From positions 96,001 through 160,000 of the forward strand of contig CBDDEL010000017.1 in assembly GCA_965226885.1 (NCBI GenBank): a DNA stretch of 64,000 nt. Reading direction: 5' to 3'. The stretch's first letter is position 1. Each line of letters starts with the position of its first letter. A program made the position numbers and the translations under genes. Origin of the DNA: Opitutales bacterium. GTDB taxonomy: Bacteria; Verrucomicrobiota; Verrucomicrobiia; Opitutales; UBA2987. This document shows, piece by piece, positions 44,943 through 55,654 of this stretch. The notes beneath the pieces are model-generated. The model searched no databases, was not told where the DNA came from, and saw nothing but the letters and a program-made list of their open reading frames with translations.

Positions 44943-45956
44943 ATGTGGACTGCTGATTTTAAGGAGTTAACAATGCCAGTGCAATTTTTCGATTATGAAC
45001 CTCTCGTTTTCGGCCCCCCGGAAACGGCGCCTTTTTCGGCTGTCGAAGAAGAGATTCTCGCTTTAAAAAGAGAGAAAAATGCAGTCCTGCTCGCGCACAA
45101 TTATCAAATAGAACCCATCCAGCGGGTGGCGGACTATGTGGGCGACTCCCTCGGGCTGGCCTACAAAGCGGCCGAGACCGATGCCGATGTTATTCTTTTC
45201 TGCGGGGTTCATTTTATGGCTGAGACGGCTAAAATTGTGAATCCGGAAAAAATCGTCATCCTGCCCGACCTGGAGGCCGGCTGTTCGTTATCAGATTCCT
45301 GTCCGGCCGATAAGCTGGCCGCCTATAAAGAGGCCAATCCGGACCTTTATGTGGTGGCTTACATCAATTGCTCGGCGGCCGTTAAAGCCCTCAGCGATGT
45401 CATTTGCACCAGCGGCAACGCCATGCAAATCGTGCAAAATATACCGCCAGAGAGAGAAATTTTGTTCGTCCCCGATCAAAACCTGGGCCAATGGGTGGCC
45501 AAAAAAACAGGGCGTCCGATGCGTCTGTGGCCCGGCAGTTGTTATGTCCATGTACTGTTCACGGTGCGTTCCCTGGAGAGGATTCGGGAACAATACCCAA
45601 AGGCACCCATTGTCGCTCACCCCGAGTGCATCGAAATCGTTCGTGATATGGCAGATGAAGTATGCAGCACCGAAAAAATGATCGGCTTCGCCAAAGAACA
45701 CCCTGCCGATACCATTATTGTGGTGACGGAGACCGGCATGCTTCATCGATTACAGAGGGAAGTCCCCGAAAAAACTTTCATCGCCGGTCCCACCGATACC
45801 TGCGCCTGCAACGAATGCCGGTTTATGAAATTGAACACGGTTGAAAAAACGCGGGATGCATTGATTAATTTGCAACCCCGTATAGAACTGCCGGAAGATT
45901 TGCGGATTGCCGCAGGTAAGCCAATCAAGCGAATGCTCGATTGGAGCCGTAAGTGA
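44943..45956 (+). CDS. nadA: Quinolinate synthase A
   Basis: 'LAHNYQ', 'GDSL', 'CGVHFMAE', 'AGCSL', 'HPEC'; start may be 44973. Confidence 0.96.
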   Translation: MWTADFKELTMPVQFFDYEPLVFGPPETAPFSAVEEEILALKREKNAVLLAHNYQIEPIQRVADYVGDSLGLAYKAAETDADVILFCGVHFMAETAKIVNPEKIVILPDLEAGCSLSDSCPADKLAAYKEANPDLYVVAYINCSAAVKALSDVICTSGNAMQIVQNIPPEREILFVPDQNLGQWVAKKTGRPMRLWPGSCYVHVLFTVRSLERIREQYPKAPIVAHPECIEIVRDMADEVCSTEKMIGFAKEHPADTIIVVTETGMLHRLQREVPEKTFIAGPTDTCACNECRFMKLNTVEKTRDALINLQPRIELPEDLRIAAGKPIKRMLDWSRK

Positions 45957-47014
45957 AGCCCCTGCCGTTAGATGAGCGGACCCGCATAACTTATTTTTGG
46001 GATCGCATACGCGGTTGCGCGGGAGGCTTTTTGGAAGCCACCTTTCAAACATTCGCCCTCTTGGTAGCCATTCGGGTTTTCGAGGCCCCAACCTTCGTCA
46101 AAGCCACTCTGCCGGCCGCCTTTCCGATGGGTTTTCTGCTGGCCCCAATGACGGTTTATGTGGCCGCCAGGTTGCAACGCCGAGTGGGAGTCATATGCGC
46201 AAGCTATGCGGTATGCCGGTATGCGGCGCCATCGTCCTGGCCTTGGCGGTGGGCGCAGATGCACTCTGGGTTTATGTAGCCTACATTCTGGCAGCGCAAA
46301 TCATTTTATCACAAATAGTTCCCTTGGTGACGCAGATTTATACCAGAAACTATTCACCCAAAGAATTGGGCAGTCGTTTTTCGACTACTTTTCTAATATC
46401 CGCATCGATGGCGGCAGTGGTCTCCTACACCGGCGGGAAACTCCTCGATTACGACCTTTCTTATTATATCGGGATTTTCGTGTGCGGATCGCTGGCTTCG
46501 CTGGTGGTGGCGCTGGCTTTTCTAAGAATGCCGACCGATGCCCTCAAAAAAATCGCCAAAGGAAATCCCTGGCAAAGCGTCGTTTTGCTGAAACAGGATA
46601 AATTGTTCGCCTGGCTGCTGGGAGGCTGGATGATAATGGGCCTGGGGACCTTCATGACCTTTCCAATACGCATGGAATACATGGCCAATCCGGCTTACGG
46701 AGTCAATGCCACAAACGAGCAAATCGGTTTGATTCTCGGAGCCGTGCCCATGATCTACAGGCTCCTCTCGACCAAATTTTGGGGATATTTGTTTGATCGT
46801 TTAAATTTAATCACGCTGCGAATCATCCTGAACTTTCTTATGATGGTTTCCCACCTCTTGTTCTTCATGACTACCAACCCATGGCTGATGGGCATTGCAG
46901 CCGGAATATTCGGCCTCTCGTTTGGCGGCGGGAGAATTATTGTAAACGCCGGGGAAAAACCGGTACGGTAAAGAGGGCGCTTTAAAACCGGTACGCTTAT
47001 CCTAGAAAGGAGGA

Positions 47015-48520
47015 GTGTATCGAGATATGAAGCAATGGACAAGAGTGCGGCACAAAGTGCTGCGGGACAAGCAGAGCAAGCGCTCTGTAATGCGAGAAGA
47101 GGGACTGCACTGGGAGACCCTGGGAAAGATGCTGGCCTATTCCCAGCCGCCGGGATACCGGCGCAAGAAGAGGCGAGAGCGCAAGATCGATCCGTATGTG
47201 GGCTGGATCGAGGAGGTGCTCAAAGCGGACCGGAACGTGCCCAAGAAGCAGCGCCATACGGCCAAACGGATCTACCAGCGTTTGGGTCGGGAGAAGGGCT
47301 ACCAAGGGGGCTACACGGCGGTCAAGGAGGTGGTGGCCGAGCTGCGAGCGAGGCGGCGGGAAGTGTTCGTGCCGCTGGAGCACCGCCCCGGGGAGGGACA
47401 GGTGGACTTCGGTCATGCCCTGGTGAAGGAGGCGGGGCAATTGCGTAGGCGGCCATTTTTTGCCATGAGCCTGCCCTACAGCGATGCCTTTTTCGTGCAG
47501 GTGTTCGAACGGGAGTGCACGGAGAGCTTCTGGGAGGGGCACCTGCGAGCTTTTGAGTTTTTCGGGGCGGTGCCCCGGCGCATCAGCTATGACAACTCGA
47601 AGGTGGCGGTGGGTAAGATTATCGGTTCGCGTGAACGCAAGCTGACCGACGGGTTTCTGCAGCTACAGAGCCATTACCTGTTCGAGGAACACTTCTGTCT
47701 GCCCGCCCGGCCCAACGAGAAGGGCGTGGTCGAGGGGATCGTGCGTTATGCCCGGGCCAACTTCCTGGTACCGGTACCGCAGGTTCGGGACCTGGAGGAA
47801 CTCAACGCAAAGCTGTTGGAGGCATGTGAGCGGGACATGGAGCGTAAATTACGCGGGAAAAGGGCGGTGAAAAAGGAACTGCTGGCCGAGGAGCGCGCCG
47901 TCATGCTGGCGTTGCCGCCCATACCCTTTGAAGCGAGCCGCAAACGCTCGACCTGCGTCAGCAGCCTCTCGCTGGTGCGCTTCGAGTGCAACGACTATTC
48001 GGTGCCGGTGCGCTGCGCCCACCATCCGGTGGTGGTGGAAGGGTCCTGTCGGCAGGTGGTGATCTTCTGTGGGGGCCAAGAGGTGGCCCGGCACCGCCGC
48101 ATTTGGGATAAAGAGCAAGTCTCTTTCGAGCCGGTGCACTACCTGGCTTTGCTGGAGAAAAAACCGGGCGCTTTGGACTTCGCCCGCCCACTCTCGGGCT
48201 GGCAGTTGCCGCAGTGCCTGCAGGTCCTCAGACGCCGGCTCGAAAGCCAATGCGGGGGCGAAGGCACCCGGGAGTATATCCGGGTGCTGCGGCTGTTGGA
48301 GAAACACCCCATGGCGGCCTTGCAGCAGGCCGTCGTCTCGGCCCTGCGGGTGGGGGGACTGACTCGTGAGGCCATCGCCCAGTATCTCTATCCTCAGGAA
48401 GACTACGGGAGCAGAACCTTCCGGCTGGACGGCCATCCACACCTGCGTCACGTCCGTGTGGCCGCCCCTGACCTCGGTGCCTACAGCGAACTGCTCAAGA
48501 TTCCAGGAGGGGCTTTATGA
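47015..48520 (+). CDS. istA: IS21 transposase IstA
   Basis: Near-identical to copy 1. Confidence 0.95.
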   Translation: MYRDMKQWTRVRHKVLRDKQSKRSVMREEGLHWETLGKMLAYSQPPGYRRKKRRERKIDPYVGWIEEVLKADRNVPKKQRHTAKRIYQRLGREKGYQGGYTAVKEVVAELRARRREVFVPLEHRPGEGQVDFGHALVKEAGQLRRRPFFAMSLPYSDAFFVQVFERECTESFWEGHLRAFEFFGAVPRRISYDNSKVAVGKIIGSRERKLTDGFLQLQSHYLFEEHFCLPARPNEKGVVEGIVRYARANFLVPVPQVRDLEELNAKLLEACERDMERKLRGKRAVKKELLAEERAVMLALPPIPFEASRKRSTCVSSLSLVRFECNDYSVPVRCAHHPVVVEGSCRQVVIFCGGQEVARHRRIWDKEQVSFEPVHYLALLEKKPGALDFARPLSGWQLPQCLQVLRRRLESQCGGEGTREYIRVLRLLEKHPMAALQQAVVSALRVGGLTREAIAQYLYPQEDYGSRTFRLDGHPHLRHVRVAAPDLGAYSELLKIPGGAL

Positions 48521-49285
48521 AGGAAGAAAAAAACCAGCTGCTGTTACACCATCACCTCAAGAAACTGAAGTTGCCCACCATCCTGCGCGAATGGCCGGCG
48601 GTGGCCGCGGCTTGTTCCCGGGACCGGCTCGATTACGCCGCCTTTTTGTTGCATCTGGTCGAACGGGAGCTCATTGAACGCGAACAGCGGGCCGCCCAGC
48701 GGCGGATCAAAAACGCCCGTTTCCCCGTGCTCAAGACCCTCGAGAGCTTCGCCTTTGAAGCGCAGCCCTCGATCAACGAAGCGCTCATCCGAGAGCTCAT
48801 GCGCGGGGAGTATGTCGACCAGCGCGAAAACGTGCTGCTCCTCGGTAACGCCGGTACCGGTAAAACGCACCTGGCCACCGCCCTGGGCTTTGCCGCCTGT
48901 GCCCAGGGCCGGCGGATCCGTTTCTTCGGGGGTCACCGCCCTGGTTACCCATATGCTCGAGCAACGCGACAACCACGACCTGCAGCGCTTCATGAAGCAA
49001 CTCGAAAGGCTCGACCTACTCATCCTCGACGAACTCGGTTACGTCCCTTTTTCCAAGACCGGTTCCGAACTGCTCTTCGACGTGGTCAGCCGCGCTTACG
49101 AGCGCACCAGTCTCATCGTCACCACCAACCTGCCCTTTGAGAACTGGATCGAAGTGCTCGGTTCCGAACGGCTCACCGGAGCTCTGCTGGACCGACTCAC
49201 CCATCGGGTGCATATCCTCGAAGCCAACGGGCAAAGCTACCGCTTGCGCGATGCTCGACGCCGTCGCCGTGGCCCAAAACAATAA
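48517..49285 (+). pseudogene. istB: IstB with a +1 G frameshift
   Basis: G5 at 48928-48932 versus G4 in the other two copies. Confidence 0.85.
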
Positions 49286-49593
49286 ACGCCTTGGGCCCGG
49301 CTCGTCGGCCTCCGGCCTCCTCACCGACCCCAAGCCAATCCCCAAAACCAACTCCCAAACCCTAAACCTTGACGTACCTGCAATTACTAACCTAAACCTT
49401 ATTCCAAGCGTACCGGTTTTACCCCGACCCCCGTACCGGTTTCATCCCGGCGTTTACAAATTATGTGGCAGCTTTGGGTAACCAAGATTTCTCCCCCCAA
49501 AAAAACCGCTGACTATATGAGTGTGCACAGCGCTTTTACGGGAGTTCGCGGCTTGCTCGCCCCCTTCCTCGGCTATACTTTGCTGCAATGGGC

Positions 49594-49659
49594 GGGGCGG
49601 CGGGGCCGGGAATTGTCGGCTGGACGGGGGCGGCGGGGCCGGGAATTGTCGGCTGGACG
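49594..49659 (+). repeat. Perfect 33-bp tandem duplication
   Basis: GGGGCGGCGGGGCCGGGAATTGTCGGCTGGACG twice. Confidence 0.92.
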
Positions 49660-49776
49660 GCCGCCGCACTGGTGGGAATCAGCATCATAATTTTTATACC
49701 CGCCCGTGTTTTAGTGGATGCCCGGAGCAGAAACTTGCCAACCTGAACTTCCCAAAAATTAAGAATAGGTTGATCT

Positions 49777-50808
49777 CTATCGTGGGCGAAACTCGAACAA
49801 TAACTCCAGGGTTTGCCGCAAATGGGCCCCCATTGAATCGTGGGTGGAAATTGTGCTGCGGCAAGGAAACGGATTTTTGCTTCTCGGCTTCGAATCGAGC
49901 AAAATAACCCGGTTTTCCTTCCAAGGTTCAAGCAGGTCCTCTGTCGAAAGAGGTTTCCACCTAATGGGAAGCCCGAACCCGGTAAAATCTATATCCCAAC
50001 CGGCAAACGATTCTCCGGGGATTTCACCTTCCCTAAGACTTGGATAACGACGAATAAAGTCCGGTATTTTTTTTGTGTTTACCCGCAAAGTGAAGACGGT
50101 GTCCAGGTTTAGAATATAATCGCTGATATTTTCTCCACCCTTATCTTGGTAATATGAAAAAAAAGCCAAGGGATCGAAACCAACCAGGTTCATGCCATTC
50201 AAGTTCCCGTGATCATTGGCATCTTCAAAATTTTTCAAATCATACCATCTCGAAAAAGATTCGGACAGTTGCAGGCCTATTTCGAAATGCAGGTGGGCGC
50301 GCTCTTTCGGTATGGCATAAATGGCGCTGCGGCCCATGATGCCCAAATTTTCCCCCGCCGCTACCACACTACCGGATTGTAAATGCGGTTCGATGATCCG
50401 CAAATGCGCATAGAGCGAATACAAAGCGGGTGTTTTAACGTTGTGCACAAGAACAATATAACGGCCATAGCTACTTTTTCCCGGCCTCCGGTTTAGGTAG
50501 GCCACTTTTCCGTCCATGGCGGCGAAAACCGGATCGACAGCCTCCCCTCTCGAATCGCGGCGCAGGGCCTTCAAATCCACTCCCTCATGAAAACGGGAGC
50601 CCTTGTTGCGGATACACCCAAATCCCCCGGACTCCGCATCACCGGATTGAGTGGGTTGAAGAAAACGCTCGATCCCGCGGCCCTCCAGAAAGGCGTTATT
50701 AGGCGTCGGCCAAACCAGCTTCGTCGATGCCCCCGGTGCGGAATTGGCAGTCAATGCTGCGATCGCAAATATGAAATTGAGCAAAATTCTGTAAAAAAGC
50801 CTTTTCAC
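49777..50808 (-). CDS. M23-family metallopeptidase
   Basis: 'FHEGVD', 'YAHL', 'HLHFE'; signal peptide. Confidence 0.92.
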   Translation of the reverse strand: MKRLFYRILLNFIFAIAALTANSAPGASTKLVWPTPNNAFLEGRGIERFLQPTQSGDAESGGFGCIRNKGSRFHEGVDLKALRRDSRGEAVDPVFAAMDGKVAYLNRRPGKSSYGRYIVLVHNVKTPALYSLYAHLRIIEPHLQSGSVVAAGENLGIMGRSAIYAIPKERAHLHFEIGLQLSESFSRWYDLKNFEDANDHGNLNGMNLVGFDPLAFFSYYQDKGGENISDYILNLDTVFTLRVNTKKIPDFIRRYPSLREGEIPGESFAGWDIDFTGFGLPIRWKPLSTEDLLEPWKENRVILLDSKPRSKNPFPCRSTISTHDSMGAHLRQTLELLFEFRPR

Positions 50809-50820
50809 GAATTTCCCGAA

Positions 50821-51729
50821 TCAAAGAGAAAGCAATTTCGATATATCGGTAAAATATCGATCGACCTGTGAATGAAAAAAGAAAAAATATAGCAATCCCG
50901 CTGCGGCCAGCATGGGCCCGAACGGCACCTGTTTTCCCATCAGAGCTTTGGATTCATCCCCATCGCCCTCCTTCGACTCAGAGTTTTTGCTCCCAAAAAC
51001 CAATCGGAAAATGAGGTAACAAACCACCCCGGCAGTCCCAAGCATAGCCCCGCCAAAGAATGAGAAAATTGCCCCTTTCCAGCCGCAAAAAGCGCCGATA
51101 GCGCCCATCAACTTGACATCTCCAAATCCCATCGCTTCTTTCCGCAGGACTATCTCGGCCAGCAACCCGATCCACAGCACCAGGGCCGATCCGATTAAAG
51201 CCCCCGTCAATGCCGCCACCAGGGACCGCAGGGCATCCAGCAAATAAATGCTCTCTCCAAATCCATGCAGGGAGGGAAATGCCAGGGATATGAGAAGCCC
51301 GCTGACAAATCCGCCGATCGTAAAACGGTCGGGAATATACATCTCGTCCAGATCAATGAAGGAGGCGCAAATCAACAGGCTGCAAAAAAACATCCCGCCG
51401 ACGGCTTTTCCGGGGAGAAACAATATCCAGCACAGCAGAAAAGCCAGGCCTGTCAGCGCCTCGATAATCGGATAACGAACGCTGAAGGATCGCCCGCAGC
51501 AGCGAGCTTTTCCTCTCAGCAAAATCCAGCTCAGGATGGGAAGATTGTCATACCAGGCGATGCGTTGGCCGCAGGCACACCGAGAGGGCGGCGTAACAAT
51601 GGAAACTTCTTTCGGGATACGGTAAATGCAGACATTGAGAAAACTCCCCACGACAGCTCCGAACAAAAAGGCAAAGAACGGGTAGAACCAGGGGAATTGG
51701 GCATCGATTAATGCATACTGATCGAGCAT
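50821..51729 (-). CDS. pilD: Prepilin peptidase (A24)
   Basis: 'GSFLNVCIYRIP', 'MGFGDVKL', 'PFGPML'. Confidence 0.93.
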   Translation of the reverse strand: MLDQYALIDAQFPWFYPFFAFLFGAVVGSFLNVCIYRIPKEVSIVTPPSRCACGQRIAWYDNLPILSWILLRGKARCCGRSFSVRYPIIEALTGLAFLLCWILFLPGKAVGGMFFCSLLICASFIDLDEMYIPDRFTIGGFVSGLLISLAFPSLHGFGESIYLLDALRSLVAALTGALIGSALVLWIGLLAEIVLRKEAMGFGDVKLMGAIGAFCGWKGAIFSFFGGAMLGTAGVVCYLIFRLVFGSKNSESKEGDGDESKALMGKQVPFGPMLAAAGLLYFFFFHSQVDRYFTDISKLLSL

Positions 51730-51776
51730 AGAATCAGAGTTTCAAAATCAAGGGCAAATGCAAGGCGGTTTCGTAA

Positions 51777-54080
51777 TCAGGAATCGACCAACACGCCTTT
51801 GCCTTTGGGCTTCGCAATCAGCGGAATGTCCTTATGCAATTCCATCAACACCCGCTCCGGCGTCAAGGGAGATATAAACCCAAAATCGGTTTTCGGGGAA
51901 AAGGCTTTCATGGCGTTGCGAAGAGCGAAAAATACGCCGATCCCATACATTAAGGGCGGCTCCCCAACGGCCTTGGTGCCGAACGGCCCAAATTTGTTGT
52001 CCGAATCCTCCAGAAATTTCACTTCCATATCATCGGGCATGAAATAGACGTCGGGCGCCTTGTAGGTGGACAAGGCGTGGGAAATGCAGCGCCCATCCTT
52101 ATCGAATTGCAAGTCTTCCAGGGTCATCCAGCCAAGCCCCTGGGCCAGCCCCCCTTCAACTTGGCCCAAATCCACAGTTTTGTTAATGCTGCGGCCGATG
52201 TCGTGCACGATTTTGGCTGAATCAATGGTATAGGTCCCCCTCAGGCAATCCACCGTGACTTCGATCAAAGAGGTGCCATAAACATGATAGGCAAAGGGAT
52301 TACCCTTTCCCTTTTGAGGGTTAAAATAAACTCCCGGCGTGGCATAAAAGCCATGGGCGGAGAGCTTTTTGCGTTTCATATAGGTTTTGCTGACCAATTC
52401 CTCCCAGGTGAGAACCGATTCGGAACCGTCGTAGCAGACAATTTCGTCCACGATCTGGATCTTGTTTTTATCCTCTACGCCGAGTTCCTCCAGGGCGACT
52501 TCTTTCATCCCGTCGAGGATTTGTTCGACCGCTCGGATGGTGGCATTACCGTTGAGGTCGGTCGTGGCGCTGGCTGCGCTGGGCGACATGTTGGCCACTC
52601 GGGTCGTGTTGGTGCTTTCCACTTTTACCCGCTCTTCCCCAATCCCGAAGGTTTTGGCCGCGATGGACGCCATATTGGTGCTGATCCCCTGCCCCATTTC
52701 AATGCCGCCGGTGGTCACGCCCACGCTGCCGTCGAGATAGACATGAACGAGCGCATTGCCCTGGTTGAGAAAATACTTGGTGAAGGAGATGCCGAAGCAA
52801 ATCGGCATGAGGGCATAGCCTTTTTTAAACTCAAAATGTTCCTGGTTAAAGGACTCGACTCTCCGGCCAACCCCTTCCAGGTCGAAATCGCTGCAAGCCT
52901 GATCCCAGGCTCTGCCCATGGTGCAGTTTTTAACCGGCTGGCCGTAAAATAAATACTGGCCCTCGGAAATGAGGTTTTTGGCCTGAATTTCCTCCGCCCG
53001 CATACCCATTACCTCAGCCGCTTTGTTAATGGCCGATTCGATGACGAACATACCCTGGGGCCCACCGAATCCCCGAAATGCCGTGTTGGATGGCAAATTT
53101 GTCCGGCAGGGAGCAGCAAACACGCGGACGTTGGGTATATAATAGGAGTTGGTGCTGTGCACAATGGTCCGTTCCAATACCGGTGTGGATAGATCGGCGA
53201 AAGCACCCGAATTCTGGTAATGGCTGACATCGTAGGCGAGGATGCGGCCATCCTTGGTCAGCCCCATTTTGAAATCGCTGGAATAGGGATGTCTTTTGCC
53301 CGTCATTTTGATGTCGTCCAGCCGGTTGAGAACAAGCTCCACCGGTTTTTGCAGGTGTAAGGCGCAAAGGCCCGCCATGCATCCCCAATGGGTGGCCTGG
53401 TCTTCCTTGCCGCCGAAACCCCCGCCCAGTCTTTTCACATCCACCTCAAGTTTATGAATGGGCAGCCCCAACAAAATGGCCGCCGCCGACTGCAACGCGG
53501 CCGGGCTTTGCGTGGAGGCGAAAATTTGCAGGCATCGATCCTCTTTGGGTATAGCCCTGGCGCGCTGCGTTTCCAGGTAAACATGCTCCTGTCCGGCCAT
53601 ATCGCAACGGCCTTCCACAACGATATCGCAATCCTTCCAGGTCGCTTCCACATCACCCGACGAATTGATGCGCGGCTCGTCCACAAATTCTCCATTGCGG
53701 AAGGCCTCCCGTGGGTCGATGACCACTGGCAAGGGCGCAATAGCAACCGAGACATCCTCGCGCGCCTGGCGGGCAATTTCGGGAGTCTCCGCCACGATTA
53801 TAGCCACCGGCTGCCCGATAAAGCGGACCTTGGAAACGGCTAAAAGCTCCTCATCCTGGAAAATGGGTCCAAAACAATTGGTTCCCGGAATATCCTCAGC
53901 CGTGAAGACCGCCACCACTCCCTCGACCGCGCGGGCTTTTTCCAGGTTCAGGTTTTCAATTGTGCCATGCGCGCAGGGGGAGCCGTAAACGGCCGCATGT
54001 AGCATTTCCGCCGGCGGCGGCACGTCGTCCACATACTGGGATTCCCCCCGCACATGAAGATGCGAATCAATGTGCTTCAT
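51777..54080 (-). CDS. xdhB: Xanthine dehydrogenase molybdopterin-binding subunit
   Basis: 'RLGGGFGGKE', 'AFRGFGGPQG', 'EMGQG', 'KAVGEPP'. Confidence 0.94.
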   Translation of the reverse strand: MKHIDSHLHVRGESQYVDDVPPPAEMLHAAVYGSPCAHGTIENLNLEKARAVEGVVAVFTAEDIPGTNCFGPIFQDEELLAVSKVRFIGQPVAIIVAETPEIARQAREDVSVAIAPLPVVIDPREAFRNGEFVDEPRINSSGDVEATWKDCDIVVEGRCDMAGQEHVYLETQRARAIPKEDRCLQIFASTQSPAALQSAAAILLGLPIHKLEVDVKRLGGGFGGKEDQATHWGCMAGLCALHLQKPVELVLNRLDDIKMTGKRHPYSSDFKMGLTKDGRILAYDVSHYQNSGAFADLSTPVLERTIVHSTNSYYIPNVRVFAAPCRTNLPSNTAFRGFGGPQGMFVIESAINKAAEVMGMRAEEIQAKNLISEGQYLFYGQPVKNCTMGRAWDQACSDFDLEGVGRRVESFNQEHFEFKKGYALMPICFGISFTKYFLNQGNALVHVYLDGSVGVTTGGIEMGQGISTNMASIAAKTFGIGEERVKVESTNTTRVANMSPSAASATTDLNGNATIRAVEQILDGMKEVALEELGVEDKNKIQIVDEIVCYDGSESVLTWEELVSKTYMKRKKLSAHGFYATPGVYFNPQKGKGNPFAYHVYGTSLIEVTVDCLRGTYTIDSAKIVHDIGRSINKTVDLGQVEGGLAQGLGWMTLEDLQFDKDGRCISHALSTYKAPDVYFMPDDMEVKFLEDSDNKFGPFGTKAVGEPPLMYGIGVFFALRNAMKAFSPKTDFGFISPLTPERVLMELHKDIPLIAKPKGKGVLVDS

Positions 54081-55519
54081 AGTTCGTAGAAATCCTTCAC
54101 TTTAAATTTTTGTGGGCACAGTTTGGTTAAATGGCCGATAAACAACTGCTTGGCCAGCCGTCGCTTATAATCGGCTTTGCCCCGCACGTCGTCAATGGGG
54201 GCAATCTCCTCCTGAGTCATCTCAATCGCTCTGCGGGCGTTTTCCATATTGATCGCCCTGCCTTCCAGGAATTGGCAGGTCTGCCCCAAAAATAAGGGAA
54301 TGGGGGCCACGCCTCCGAGGCTGAACTGTATATTCTTGACCACCCCGTCTTCCACTTGCAGCAGCATGCCGCTGTTGACGCTGGCAATATCCAGGCAGGT
54401 CCTTTTGGAGACTTTTTCGAAATTGATCTTTGTGCCCGAGACAGGCGCCGGAAACCAGATCGTGGTCAGGATTTCCGATTTTTTCCGATCCATTTGTTTG
54501 TAGCCCTTGTAAAATTCCTTCAGTGGCACGACCCTCTCCTTTTTTCCATCTCGCAGAACCAACTCGCTCTCCAGGACCAGCAAAAGAGCGGTCATATCGC
54601 CGATGGGCGACGCGTTGATAATATTTCCGGACAAGGTGGCCCGATTGCGCACCTGCCAGGAGGCTATCAGATACATGAAATGTCCCAAATCGGGCATCAA
54701 TTCCTGCATCTCTGGATTGTCTCTAAATTCCTCGAAAGTGGTCAATGCGCCCACCTCGTAATGACCATTGACCCGTCGGATTCCCTTCATTCCGGGCAAT
54801 CGGTTGAGAATCTTGACATTGGTATCAGGAATCTTTTCGCCCACCTGCACGTAGAGATCGGTTCCCCCGGCAATTAATAAATCCGTTCCATCGAAGCCAT
54901 TTTCGTTCGAGGCCTCAACCGGTTCCGGCGCTAAATCCCGCAGCATGCTCGGAATTTCCAAAAAATAATTGGGCAGGGCTCCCACCGCAACCAGACTGGA
55001 CAACCTGTCGTCTGCGCTAAGATGCGGCCCCAGGCGCTCGCTCAGCAAAGCCGCCGTGTTTTTCAGCGAATGGTAGCCGGTGCATCGGCAGAGATGCCCG
55101 CTGAGGGCATATTTGATTCCCTCCAGATCGACCGTTTTGCTCGAATCCATGAGCAAGGCATTCATGGAAACGACAATTCCAGGAGTGCAGAAGCCGCATT
55201 GGGTCCCCCCTTCTTCCACCACGGCCTGTTGCACCGGGGAAAGCTCGTTCATGTTCAGCCCCTCGATCGTGACAAGATGCATTCCCTCCAATTCCCCCAG
55301 AGGCAGCAGGCAGGAGGTAACCGGTTTATATTGCACCGTATCGTCCTCCAGCAGGCTCCCCACGAGCACCACACAGGCGCCGCAATCCCCCTCCTTACAA
55401 CCTTCCTTGGTGCCCGTTTGCCACAATTGCCGGCGAAGAAAATCGAGTACCAGCATACCTGTGGGATAATCGGTTTCGATTAAATGTTCGTTGAGGATGA
55501 AGTTTGTTAAATGCGTCAT
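54077..55519 (-). CDS. xdhA: Xanthine dehydrogenase Fe-S/FAD subunit
   Basis: 'GCKEGDCGAC', 'QCGFCTPG', 'LCRCTGY', 'AGGTD'. Confidence 0.94.
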   Translation of the reverse strand: MTHLTNFILNEHLIETDYPTGMLVLDFLRRQLWQTGTKEGCKEGDCGACVVLVGSLLEDDTVQYKPVTSCLLPLGELEGMHLVTIEGLNMNELSPVQQAVVEEGGTQCGFCTPGIVVSMNALLMDSSKTVDLEGIKYALSGHLCRCTGYHSLKNTAALLSERLGPHLSADDRLSSLVAVGALPNYFLEIPSMLRDLAPEPVEASNENGFDGTDLLIAGGTDLYVQVGEKIPDTNVKILNRLPGMKGIRRVNGHYEVGALTTFEEFRDNPEMQELMPDLGHFMYLIASWQVRNRATLSGNIINASPIGDMTALLLVLESELVLRDGKKERVVPLKEFYKGYKQMDRKKSEILTTIWFPAPVSGTKINFEKVSKRTCLDIASVNSGMLLQVEDGVVKNIQFSLGGVAPIPLFLGQTCQFLEGRAINMENARRAIEMTQEEIAPIDDVRGKADYKRRLAKQLFIGHLTKLCPQKFKVKDFYEL

Positions 55520-55598
55520 TTCAAATCGGGTAAAAATCTTTGGCCTATTGCAGCAGACCTACAGAAATTAACCACCAACATACCTGTTTTGCATCAAA

Positions 55599-55628
55599 AT
55601 TGTAATTTTAACCAGTCTAATTCGTCAA
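55599..55628 (-). promoter_or_regulatory. Putative sigma70 promoter for xdhAB
   Basis: TTGACG-N18-TACAAT on the minus strand, about 80 bp upstream of xdhA. Confidence 0.45.
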
Positions 55629-55654
55629 ATATTTTTCCAGCCTTGTTCTATCAT

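Larger units (their letters stand above)
46941..49458 (+). mobile_element. IS21-family element copy 2 (2518 bp), 6-bp TSD AATTAT
   Basis: Same ends as copy 1; AATTAT at 46935-46940 and 49459-49464. Confidence 0.96.
45953..49746 (+). pseudogene. MFS transporter with two 8-bp duplications, a 33-bp duplication and an IS21 insertion
   Basis: Hydrophobic frame from 45953 resumes after IS21 ('MWQLWVTKISP...GVRGLLAPFLG') and ends at TGA 49744-49746. Confidence 0.85.

Noticed and set aside
48928..48932. istB frameshift as programmed regulation
   Set aside because: It is a single extra G in a homopolymer, absent from the two other copies, so it is more likely a mutation or sequencing error.
49594..49659. 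33-bp direct repeat as a CRISPR array
   Set aside because: Only two adjacent units, no spacer, no cas genes, and it lies inside an MFS coding remnant.
55520..55654. Purine or xanthine riboswitch upstream of xdhA
   Set aside because: No recognisable consensus or convincing stems by eye. An Rfam search would decide.
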